A stretch of DNA of 63,168 bases, counting the filler, from Craspedostauros australis (lineage: Eukaryota), in the NCBI GenBank assembly GCA_030167865.1. It is 10 parts of 10 records of this genome, joined end to end, with 100 filler letters (N's around TTAATTAATTAA, not from the genome) between each part and the next. Parts side by side here need not be neighbours in the genome. Positions count along the whole stretch, not along the records: positions 1 to 9,244 come from JALAGF010003800.1; positions 9,345 to 14,235 come from JALAGF010003804.1; 8 more parts are not named here. The stretch is one strand, 5' to 3'. Positions 1 to 10,137 of the stretch are shown here, piece by piece. The position numbers were made by a program, and so were the translations under genes. The notes beneath the pieces are model-generated. The model had not been told where the DNA came from. It worked only from the letters and a program-made list of their open reading frames with translations, and made no database searches. Position 1 is the stretch's first letter, and each line of letters starts with the position of its first letter.

Positions 1-151
1 TCAGAAGTTCCCGATCATTCATAAAAATCAACCCCTTCCACTCAATCAACTCTGACCAACTCCGCCCAAAAAGCCTCAACGCAAGCGCATCGCAAACCTC
101 AACACAAACAGCTCTTGCACACAACAGCAAGCCCCCCGACAGCACTTCACC

Positions 152-1036
152 ATGGTCGACACAGACTTCATGAAGGACAGGATCCCGCCGGCGTCAAAAT
201 GGCGCAACGAGACAGTCTGCATGATGGCCGACATCGACAGGGGATTCAGCGTCACTGACGAGAATTTCCGCACGGATGAGCCAGCGCCGATCGGAACACC
301 CATCGCCATCGAAAGTGACGTCTTCGTCGGCAAGGTCCTGATCCGCATCCGCGACGCCAAGTCCGACAACCAGGAACAATGCAGCAAGTACTTCGACGGC
401 AAGAAGCGGATAGCGCAGACCGTGCTGCAGGGAAAATTCAAGCGGGCAGACATCAAGTTCAACGACGTCTTCATCGGGGACGAGTACAGCAAGCGATTCA
501 AGAACCTCCCACCTGACTGGATGCTGCGACCCGTCATTGCATTCTTCGGAAGGCTCGTGCCTGGCATCGAAATGGACCTCGCGTCGGACACTCCCAGTGT
601 CTTCACAAACTTTTGCGGCGGCGCGCAGACCATGCGGGTGGACGAGGACGGCGAGGAACCGCCGATCGACGCCTTGGAACTCGACGAGGATGTCAAGCTC
701 GCCATCACCAAATCCAAGCACCACACAATTGCCAACCGGCGGAAATACCTCAGCGTGCCAAGGCACGGAGCCAAGTACACCTTCGACCCGAACCTCGTAT
801 ACACCTTTAACGCATACGACAACATCATGGATTACGGCGCGTACAAAATGAAGATGGGAATGCTGGGAGACACCGCCATGACCATTGCGTACGACGGTCA
901 GCCAGCCGCCATCGGCGTCCGCCTCAAGACCAACAAGCAATGGATCTTCCGCTTCCAGATCTTTCACGAAAGCCTCCTCAAGCATTGGGAGGAGGAAAAG
1001 AAGAAGGAGAAGGAAGCCGCGTTGAATTCCAAATAG
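152..1036 (+). CDS. DUF1769 (Duc1-like) domain protein
   Basis: Intact 294-aa ORF with coding-like codon usage. Motifs IESDVFVGKVLIRIR, YFDGKKR..Q..LQGKFK, R.RRKY and YTFDPNLVYTF..YD match the DUF1769 pattern from memory. Confidence 0.75.
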   Translation: MVDTDFMKDRIPPASKWRNETVCMMADIDRGFSVTDENFRTDEPAPIGTPIAIESDVFVGKVLIRIRDAKSDNQEQCSKYFDGKKRIAQTVLQGKFKRADIKFNDVFIGDEYSKRFKNLPPDWMLRPVIAFFGRLVPGIEMDLASDTPSVFTNFCGGAQTMRVDEDGEEPPIDALELDEDVKLAITKSKHHTIANRRKYLSVPRHGAKYTFDPNLVYTFNAYDNIMDYGAYKMKMGMLGDTAMTIAYDGQPAAIGVRLKTNKQWIFRFQIFHESLLKHWEEEKKKEKEAALNSK

Positions 1037-1633
1037 AGTACGTCGACGACTCCGCTGCAAACTGAACGACCGCAGCACGATGAGAAAACATAAAACACAC
1101 AATAATTCAATGTAAATAGTCCTCTACATGTCAGTCCTCTCGCGCTTCACAAGCCCCAATGCTCAATTGTTGATGATGGGCTTGATTCTGGCGGTCGGCG
1201 CACGCGCAAATTGAACTACTCCGCTCTGTGCGCTTCAATGTGCACGGCATTTGCATGACGATCGAATGCCAAACGCAACCAACTACCTATTGCGATAGCG
1301 CAACACCAACAGCAGCGTCGCCGCCCGGTCCTCTCAATGCTCTCAATCAATGTCGTTCCTCGAGTAGAGCTATGCAATCGGTCTATTTCATGTATCAATC
1401 TACCAGTCGAACCCCTGATGATTAAACGGCAGCAGCAGCAACCGCGAACGCAGAGAGACGAACCGTACATGATAGCATATGGGTGTAATCGTTCTCTATT
1501 CGTATTGTCTAACTTTTAGTGGTCTACATGTGGTGAAGATCGAGGAATGCTCAAGGTATTCGGATAGCCGGATCCCGTCTGCTCTATACTCGTGCACGGT
1601 CACGATCGGGAGGCCAGAAATCGGGGGAAAGTG

Positions 1634-2545
1634 TTAGACTGCAAGGACGCCGGGGCCGCTCTCGAATGCGGCGACGTGTCGCTGCCACTTGTCCTGGAAC
1701 TGATCGAAGCCCTTGCGGAAGTAGACGGACCAAAGGAAGGAAGGCAGTTTGCAGAAGGACATCCATTCCTGGCGAAAGGTCTCGACTCCCATGTGGTGGA
1801 TGAAGCTTCCCATTTCCACTCCTCCCTTCTCCATGAACTTTTGCAATGTGCGTCCCCACTGGGATGCCGTCATGGCCTGCTTGGATTGGCACAGGATGGA
1901 TTGCTTTTGGAAGGCGAAGTGATCACGCAGATCGTTGCTGTACGAGTTGTACGTCGCGAAGAGAGCGGCCTCCTTCTTGCCGATTGCGCCTGGTCGCAGC
2001 GTGGAGACCGTGGAATCGATGGTGGAGATGTGGGACATGAGGTTGCGATGCGACTTGATGACGCTGTCGGATGGGATGTCCGCATGCTCTTGCAGCTTTG
2101 GCAGCAGGAAGGTTTCGCTGCTGTCCAGGTGCTTGCGCATGTTGGTAGCGTGCACCGCCCACAGAGACTTGATCGCGTCCACCTGGACATCCGGCAGAGC
2201 GGATCGCGCGTCGACGCCGTCGAGGATCCTGTTGATGGTTGCGCACTCACCATGGAGGGAGTCGTAGATCAGCGCAAGGGTATCTCTGCCGCCTTCCCCC
2301 GCCTTGGCGTTTTCTATTGATGGTGTTGTAGCTGCTGACAGTGATGATGGCGCTGATGGTGATGATGGTGCTGATGACATCAAGACTCCCAGCTGTGGGG
2401 ATGCGAGCGCGGCGCTGGCTTTCGCCTTGGACCGTCCGATCCGTCCAAAGGACCATGCGCTGGCGCTGACTGAGAGCAAGACCATGAGCAAGGGGAGGCA
2501 AGAGAGCCACATCTTCTTGGTGTAGGTCATGGCGGAAGGATTCAT
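1634..2545 (-). CDS. Hemerythrin/HHE-fold-like protein with bipartite signal+transit peptide; metal ligands partly lost
   Basis: Hydrophobic signal peptide ending SASA|WSF, then an S/A/R/K-rich linker. Helical body with HLDSSE, HRNL, HFAFQK and a C-terminal GSFIHHMGVETFRQEWM..P.FLW motif resembling diatom hemerythrin-domain proteins. Start Met uncertain. Confidence 0.6.
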   Translation of the reverse strand: MNPSAMTYTKKMWLSCLPLLMVLLSVSASAWSFGRIGRSKAKASAALASPQLGVLMSSAPSSPSAPSSLSAATTPSIENAKAGEGGRDTLALIYDSLHGECATINRILDGVDARSALPDVQVDAIKSLWAVHATNMRKHLDSSETFLLPKLQEHADIPSDSVIKSHRNLMSHISTIDSTVSTLRPGAIGKKEAALFATYNSYSNDLRDHFAFQKQSILCQSKQAMTASQWGRTLQKFMEKGGVEMGSFIHHMGVETFRQEWMSFCKLPSFLWSVYFRKGFDQFQDKWQRHVAAFESGPGVLAV

Positions 2546-4930
2546 GTTGGTGCTTGAAAGTTGAGTTTGAGGTTCGTGCGTGAGTGAGTGTTTGTGTGTG
2601 CGTGTTTTGAGAGTAGTGTGCGTTTGTTGTGAGATTGTTGTGCTTTGTTGCGGTTTAGGTTATGTTTGTGCTTTGTGCGATTGTTGATTTTATGAGATGA
2701 TTGTTGTGGCACATCCTCATGCAGTAGTTCAGATGCATGTGATCGTGGTTGCTATCGAACATCACGTTCACCAGCCCTCAGCAAAGCGTTCAATCTTCTG
2801 TGGTTTCCGTCATCGTTCCGCCTTTCCTCCCGTCCAAATCCGAGCAGTTTTCCATTTCGCAAACGTGTACCCGTGTTTTATTGTATTCCTTGTTCCGTTT
2901 TTTCGTGTCCGTGCGCTGGAAAAGTGGCGGTTGTCATCGCCAGGGCTGGTTTATTTCGCGAAGTTTGTCGAGGAACCCAACCGCTCTTGTGACAGTTCCA
3001 ATTTATCATTCTCCCGGAAGAGGACATTCGGTGGGACCACGATGCCAAATTGCCACTCACGCCCGTCTGAAACGCTTTTGGTACCACACGCAAGACCTTT
3101 GCGCGCAGGGATCGCGCCCATAATTGTATTCGTGTTGGGTGATTGAAACCGGGGGGATCTGCATCACGAATGAGCAGGTGATATCTTCAGGAGGACTGCC
3201 GCCTGTGCAGTAATGTTGATCCTTGGCTTTTCTTCATTCATCCTCCACACGACTTCCCACTCCCGTGATGTGGGCTCTCCGCTGTCCGCGACCATTTCCG
3301 GCAGAGAGACGGGTGCTCTTCCGTTTTCGCACAAACAAGATAGCCAGCCCGCGAAGACATCGTGTAATCGTTGGCGGGTGAGAAGAATAGGGTTGCGCAA
3401 TGGGGGATTGATACTCCTCCGCGCTCTCACACCGGTCGCTGTACATGTACGCAGTCGCTTGATTCCTCGTTCCATATCTCCATCATGCCTTCAGTCCATA
3501 TGAAGTACTAGAGAGAACACTGGAACTGGAACATTGGACCAATGCGAAGCATCCAGGCAAACAACCATCGACCAAGAGCATAGAACATTTCATGGGTCAA
3601 CTTGTACTCCCATGTGCAAGTCGAAGCACAGAATGATCTACATCCTCTGTCGCTACTGCCCCATTGTGCTTCGACGCTCCCATTCACGAGGCAGATTCCC
3701 TCGTCCTCCTTCCCACCATGACAAACGTCTTGCCTGCTTCGATCGTTTTTGCTCTCTCTGCTCTCGCTTGAGAGCGCAGGGTCTGCAATGTACACCCGAG
3801 ACATGGTGCAATGAGGAGCTTCGCAAAGCGCAGAGAGCGCGTTTGCTCATAATACACAAGAGGAGGTGGCGGTTTGAAGGTCGGAGCGGCAGGGCTTTGA
3901 CGCTGTTCGCGGACATGGATGTGTGGCTGTGGGATCCTATGGTATCTGAGGCTCAGAAAGTTCTGTAGTCTAGAACTATCGCCCCGGACAGCGTCCTACT
4001 CCGAGCCAGATCCCGGAGGAAAGGCATGATTGGCCCAAAGCCATCGCGCTAACCAATGCTGGATTACACTCGAATCAACAGAGGAGGAACTTGTCACCAT
4101 GCTACTATGTGTACACATAGCAGAACAGCAAATAGTTGCGGTTATCTTTGCACATTGACAAAACTTCGGGCAGGAAAGCGAACACCAAGCAAGTCAACGA
4201 AGCAAGATCCATGTATACGACTAGTCATACTCACAATTCAGTTTCTCATTCGCAACGCATTCCTGAGTTACCAGTTGTCACCAGGCAGCCAGGCAGCATC
4301 CTCGTCCAAGACAGGCGGGTCCACTACGGGGAAATATCAGTGACTTTCTGCACCTGCTCTGTCCCATCATCTCAACCGTTGGTGAACGCTGAAGCGATTG
4401 TCCATGCCAAGTTGCATCCTGGCGACCCAGCCGGGGAAGAGGCTCCTGCCCCTTGCACAACTGCCAACGGGGCATCTCTCAGGAACCGGCTTCTGAGCCA
4501 TGACAACAATAGATCGTGCTCCCAGTCTTGGGCAGGTGTGGCTGTGTGCAGGCTCTGCCCAGAGATGTCTTTATGTGCGCATGTGGCCTCCCCGGTGGTG
4601 ACCCTCCGATATCCAAATCCCGAACTCCGAATCGAGCAACAGTAGGCCATTTGAGGCGTTGTTTGCCCGACATAACTCGTATCACTCTCCGTCAGTACAC
4701 GACATCCGACTGTCCATCTCGTACAGTGGGCAGCGCATCCACTTGCGCAGACAAAGGCAGGAAGAAAGATCACCATCATTCATCTTCAAAACATCACTGT
4801 CATCACGAAAGCAAATGAACACAGTCATCAACCGGCTCGGCTTAGATTGGACGAACTCTCGTCGGCATCAAGTCGTATCGCGTCAAGCCGTACCATATCT
4901 GCTCCAATAAAGAACACCAAAGCTCTCACG

Positions 4931-5281
4931 ATGGCGCCAACGCACGATGGCACGAACGTCCGGCAGCAGCAGGCCCTGCAGCTGGCCCGCGAGCGCCAGT
5001 GGCAGTATCTAGGTCCGATCATGGCCGCGCCCTTCGCGCACATCTGCGTGACGCTGTACCGATCCGCAAAGACTCCGCAGCAGAAGCAGCTGCTCATTGG
5101 TGGCATCGTGGGGTCCTCGGTGTTGGCCGTGGGCATGCGACTTGCGCTGATGGTGCACGCCGGATATCCCGGAGGACAGGTGACAGGCAGGGAAGTCTTG
5201 GTCACGGCTCAACAGAAAAGACAGCTGGAGAATCCGAGCACATTCGAGATCATCAAGGGAGCATTCAAGGGCTTTGGTTGA
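4931..5281 (+). CDS. Small hypothetical membrane protein (two hydrophobic segments)
   Basis: ATG at 4931 gives 116 aa with strong C/G third-position bias. Two hydrophobic segments: YLGPIMAAPFAHICVTLY and LLIGGIVGSSVLAVGMRLALMV. Confidence 0.65.
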   Translation: MAPTHDGTNVRQQQALQLARERQWQYLGPIMAAPFAHICVTLYRSAKTPQQKQLLIGGIVGSSVLAVGMRLALMVHAGYPGGQVTGREVLVTAQQKRQLENPSTFEIIKGAFKGFG

Positions 5282-5918
5282 CCGTCATTCAGGCTTCGTC
5301 ATGTTCCAACATTGCAACACCACGGTCCTAGGTGTCTCCCTCCAAAACGGCAATCTTGGGACTTCACTTGTTGTTTTGAGGAAGGTGGCAATGGGAGTAC
5401 TCTGCGCTCGTTTACAGTAAATTAGATCTTATGTCCATTTCATTGCATAGAGTAGATACACACAAACGCACTATGAATTGGGAATTGGGAATAGCCGGTG
5501 CCCACTACATTGCTATCAACTGGATGTTTCTTGACTCATGATGAGAGCCTACGTATCTCATCGTGTCGCATCAGCATGTGGGCCTACGGCGGCCAGACAC
5601 GTTGGATCCGAAGTCAACCACCCACCAAAGATTCTCGCGGCTGCAAAAGATGCACGCAACCTCACATCAACCCACCCATGCATCAACATGTTCGTGCCTT
5701 CCATTTCGCATCAGGCAGCCGCTCGGCCAACCAGGTCGAACTCTGTTCTACAACACATCACGCACTCCGGCGCTATTCGATTCTTGTTGGCCATCCAAAT
5801 CCGGAGGTCAAACGAGCGCATCCGCTTCCTCTACTCGACTATTCTACCATACTATTCTATTCTATTATATTCTATTATACGACCGAGTGAACTATACTCG
5901 ACATCGAACGAGGTCACG

Positions 5919-7433
5919 ATGGGGAAGCAGAACCGCGTGAAACGCAAGCCGCCGCAGCCGGGCACCCCTGGCTTCATGTCGCCGACGCAGCTGCGCAATG
6001 CCAGGAAACGTCGCAAGGTGAAGGAAGACAGAGCGAAGAAGGTGACGGCCGTCAAGACCATCACATCGGACGGCAAGACGAAGAAGGCGATCATTCAGAT
6101 CCAGGACCCGTCGCTGCGGTACTTGGGCCAGCCCAAGTCGGCGCCGATCATCAAGAAGGCGGAGGCGTTCTTCGCAGAGAAGAAGATGGACTTTCCCATC
6201 ACGGTGGGACCCACGCGCGCGTGGCGCACGGTGGCCAAGCTGGCGGTGCGCAAGATCCAGGGATGCCTGCGCATCGGATTGTTCGTTTCCGGATCGCACG
6301 AGCTGCTCGAAGTGCCGCAGTGCGTCGCGCATCATGACAAGATCAACGCGGCCATCGAAGTGCTGCAGAAGAAATGCCGGCATCACAAGATCGAATCGTT
6401 CGATGACAAAGCGGGCACGGGCAATTTGCGGCACGTCGCGATCAACGTCGAGCGCAGCACGGGGCGGCAACAGCTGACGTTGGTGTGGAACGAAGACGAA
6501 TCCGGTTCAGACGCCGACAAGAACGCGAGGCGGGACAGACTGGACCAGCTGTGCCAAAGCCTGATTGCGACTTCGGAGATATCCAAACAGAATCCGCATG
6601 ACAGCAACAAGCTGGAGATGCACTCGTTGTGGATCCATCACAACACGCTTTGGAAGCACGCCAATTCCATCTTCGATCGCGATGGCACGTGGGAAAAGAA
6701 GTACGGCGACGATGCTGTGGTGGAGCGTCTGACGCTGGATGATTTCGAAAGGCAAGATCCAAAACCAACCGTCCCGTTGGAGTTTCCGCCGCAGGTGTTT
6801 CGGCAGGCCAATTTGGATGCCTTTACGAAGATTGTTGCCAACATCCGCACGTGGTTGCAGCGAAGGCCGCAACGATCATCCGATGCAGACAGAGGTGACA
6901 CTAGCAGTGGCAGTGGCAGTAGCAAAAAGGGGAAGCACAAGCCAAGCAAACGCGAAAGCAAGGGCAAGGGCAAAAAACGGCGCTGCCTCGAGCTGTACGG
7001 TGGAGTTGGGACGATTGGTCTGCATGTTGCGGATCTGTTCGATTCGTTGGTATCATCTGACGAGAATCCATTCAATAAGAAATGCTTCGACAGCACCGTA
7101 TCCAACATGAAAAACGGTGCAAAGCCGCTGAAGACGAAGATCGAATACAAGTCCATGAATGCGAGCGAGATGGTGCACGCTGCGGCACTGGATGCCGCGG
7201 ACGTCGTCATCGTCGACCCGCCACGGAAGGGTCTGGACGAGGACGTCGTTTCGAGGCTGTGCAGTACGGACATCCCAAATACCTTGATCTACGTGAGCTG
7301 CGGATTCGACGCATTCCGACGGGATTTTGACAAGCTGACAAACGAAGGCGGGTGGAAGCTGGATCGCGTGGAAGGTCACGTCCTCTTCCCAGGAAGCGAC
7401 GCCATCGAGACTCTGGCCTTCTTCACTGGTTGA
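5919..7433 (+). CDS. TrmA/RlmD-family SAM-dependent RNA (uracil-5-)methyltransferase
   Basis: Motifs FPPQVFRQAN, LELYGGVGTIGL, VVIVDPPRKGL, LIYVSCG and LFPGSDAIET. Likely start is MGKQNR at 5919; the upstream in-frame region is a TATTC microsatellite. Confidence 0.9.
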   Translation: MGKQNRVKRKPPQPGTPGFMSPTQLRNARKRRKVKEDRAKKVTAVKTITSDGKTKKAIIQIQDPSLRYLGQPKSAPIIKKAEAFFAEKKMDFPITVGPTRAWRTVAKLAVRKIQGCLRIGLFVSGSHELLEVPQCVAHHDKINAAIEVLQKKCRHHKIESFDDKAGTGNLRHVAINVERSTGRQQLTLVWNEDESGSDADKNARRDRLDQLCQSLIATSEISKQNPHDSNKLEMHSLWIHHNTLWKHANSIFDRDGTWEKKYGDDAVVERLTLDDFERQDPKPTVPLEFPPQVFRQANLDAFTKIVANIRTWLQRRPQRSSDADRGDTSSGSGSSKKGKHKPSKRESKGKGKKRRCLELYGGVGTIGLHVADLFDSLVSSDENPFNKKCFDSTVSNMKNGAKPLKTKIEYKSMNASEMVHAAALDAADVVIVDPPRKGLDEDVVSRLCSTDIPNTLIYVSCGFDAFRRDFDKLTNEGGWKLDRVEGHVLFPGSDAIETLAFFTG

Positions 7434-9244
7434 AGCATGCTACTGTACATGTATTATACTATACGGGTATGGTACCATGGATCGTAGCTAACAGGGCACT
7501 CGTCCGCATTGGCGTGCGCTGTGAGAACGTGCGATACTTCCGAGCTTGCGCGCAGCTGTTCTACCTGTCATTCATGCGAGCAGAGATACCCCGCTTGGCA
7601 GCCGGCACCCGGCATTCGACAGCCGACAGCAGGCGGGTCCAGAAGAGGAAAGAGGAACGTGGGGAGGGAGGGGAGGGGGGATGTTGTTGGCGCAAAGCAG
7701 GCCACATCTTTGATGGCGCAGACATCACACGACATGAGAATTTCGGCAGAATTTCGACGATTGTCGCCATATTTTCAAACGTGAATATTTAACTACCAAG
7801 TAACGGCATTGCGTCATTCCATCCACACGGTTGTGTCATCTGCGCCTCTCGTGCTATTTGTCCGTCCATGATTCTCGCTGACGCCACATACTGGAGGTGG
7901 TTGTAAGGGTCATAATTTCATAACTGGTCAGCCTCGTTCACCCCGATTTCAAGTCACGACCATCAGTCCCGTAGACAAATCTGCCCCAAAAGACTAAATC
8001 AGTGTCCGCCAATCCATCGAGTCCTTCCCCGCACCACCATTTCTCTGCATGGCCACTTTCCTTGTATGACCCCGTTCGGGGTTGTCATGTTGTCATTTGC
8101 GGATTGTTGAGATACGCACTTAGTTCATCCTCTTATGTTGTGGAGAGTATAGTTTATTTTTCATACCATAGGATGAGTCACTGTGCTCCATTGTATTATA
8201 TAATATTATGCTGCATAGTTAGTATTCGCAAGTGTTGCTGTTGCCGTGAACGTAGGCGTGGACGTGCAGGGATGCCACAAACAACACTGTGCTACTTGAC
8301 ACAACGCACACAAGGGAGGAAGCACACAACAGAGCCCAATCGTCCACAATGTGAGGAATCAATGCAACACCAAAGCTCTCACAACATCACGACCCACACT
8401 GTTGGATACCATCGCAGTCTGATATCGACCAACAGCGACGGCATCATTTCTGTCCACAGTGAGCACAAGCCATGCACTTGTGTTGTAAGAGCTATCTACA
8501 TATATCTAACCCTAATGGACAACATGCCACATAGATTGCTAAAAATGTCATGTTGTCCGATTCAATATTGGCAGGATGATACTCAACCTCGCTGAATGGG
8601 GCTGTATGCTGACACATCCACAGCTCCAGTTTTGCACATCTCTTGCTGCTTCACACATTCACAAATATATGTGTCTTGCCCAAGTGCAGTGTTCAACTTC
8701 CGTATACCAGATGGATGCGTATGTTTGTACATATGTGTTGCTCCTCGCCATCCGCAGTTCATCTCCATACTACTCACTTTGAGTTGCCACTTTCCTGCTT
8801 CCCCCGTCTTCCTTTCTCCATTGACTGTGCTGCTGGTGTTCACTCCTTCATTCATTGAATGCTCAACGTACCTATCCCAACTATCGCAGCATTCAGTGCA
8901 ATCGTCGGCTCAGCAATCGTCTCATTGTCAATGCTTTGATGATACAAATGGCCATTGTAGCTTCCCACTCGCACCTTCTTTGCTTCTGGGCATCATTGAT
9001 GCATTCCACATCTTCCTTTGCTTTCTTCTCAAGAGCCATCACTTTGTACGTCAGGTTACAATTGTCATCCATAGTCCCTGTTTGACGAGAGTGCTCTTCC
9101 ATTGCCTCGACTTCAGCCTCTGCCATGTCCATTGCTCTCCACATCCTCCAAGATCTCTTCCGACCTTCCAACGAAGGCAGATCCTACCAGAAATGGTTCT
9201 TCAATTCTGACTTGGAAGTCAGATACTTCATTGCAATGGCAGTG

Positions 9245-9344
9245 NNNNNNNNNNNNNNNNNNNNNNNNNNNNNNNNNNNNNNNNNNNNTTAATTAATTAA
9301 NNNNNNNNNNNNNNNNNNNNNNNNNNNNNNNNNNNNNNNNNNNN
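9245..9344. other. Artificial contig spacer (N44-TTAATTAATTAA-N44); repeated at 14236, 19276, 27960, 36266, 40813, 43177, 56652 and 61436
   Basis: Identical 100-bp spacers with a six-frame stop linker in the middle. Confidence 0.97.
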
Positions 9345-10137
9345 GTTTCGATCCAACCTCGATACTCCCTGTTCCCGCAATACCTTGGCGCGGAGTTCCC
9401 ACGTTCTTCCGTTGTTGTTTGGTTGATGTGATCCCACGAGACATCTGGAATCCAAAGGCGTGACCGTTGCGTCTGATACGATTCACCCTCGCGCAGATCC
9501 ATTGAATAGGCCAACGGCTCTATCTTGGCAGCCTCGTAGTGTTCTATGAAGTATACTTACACATGTATCAAAGAAGAGCAAGTGTCATCATTGTTGGCGA
9601 AACTGCTGCATGATCAAGAGAGTAATTCGTCCCCTCTCATGGTACAGTTGGTGTTCGCTCATTTGCTGACGCGTCTCATCCCCGTCGCTCTCCCTCTCCC
9701 TCTGCTATTGGATTCATTCATTCATTCATCCACTCGTATTCATCGCAACAGGAGATGGACGTGAACGCAGTTGGTATCATTCGCCCTCTCTTCGATCTCC
9801 ATCTTTGATAGCGCTCTTGCATGCGTCTTCGTCTTCACGCTCTTCCGAGAGGTTCGTCGAGGCTGCGAGTTTGCTTTTGTTCCAACGGTTGTGATCCCAA
9901 GAGGCACAGCGTGGATTTGGAAACAATCAACGTCGACGGAGGTCAAGGAGTAACAGAATGCTCGTAGTGGTACACTACCTAGTGTACTCTGCGATGACAC
10001 GCATCGCCAGAAGAAACTCTTTCCAATGTGTAGTCTTGGGGGAGGATTGTTTGGTTTATGAATATGAATATGAAGATGGATGTGCATGTTTGCATGGTAT
10101 GGCATGTCTGCTCAGAGTGTATGTCGTTCTTTGGCGA

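Noticed and set aside
76..2320. Long antisense ORFs (76-828, 194-1102, 1592-2320; likewise 43658-44569, 47823-48701, 52935-54020)
   Set aside because: Shadow ORFs caused by GC-rich codon bias of real genes on the other strand.
2697..4830. Many short ORFs between the hemerythrin-like and small membrane genes
   Set aside because: No recognisable motifs or coding bias; treated as intergenic.
5538..5918. N-terminal 127-aa extension of the methyltransferase ORF
   Set aside because: It runs through a TATTC microsatellite and non-coding-like sequence; ATG 5919 is the more plausible start.
9289..9300. Recurring TTAATTAATTAA palindrome as a biological motif
   Set aside because: Always centred in a 100-bp N spacer; it is an artificial six-frame stop linker.
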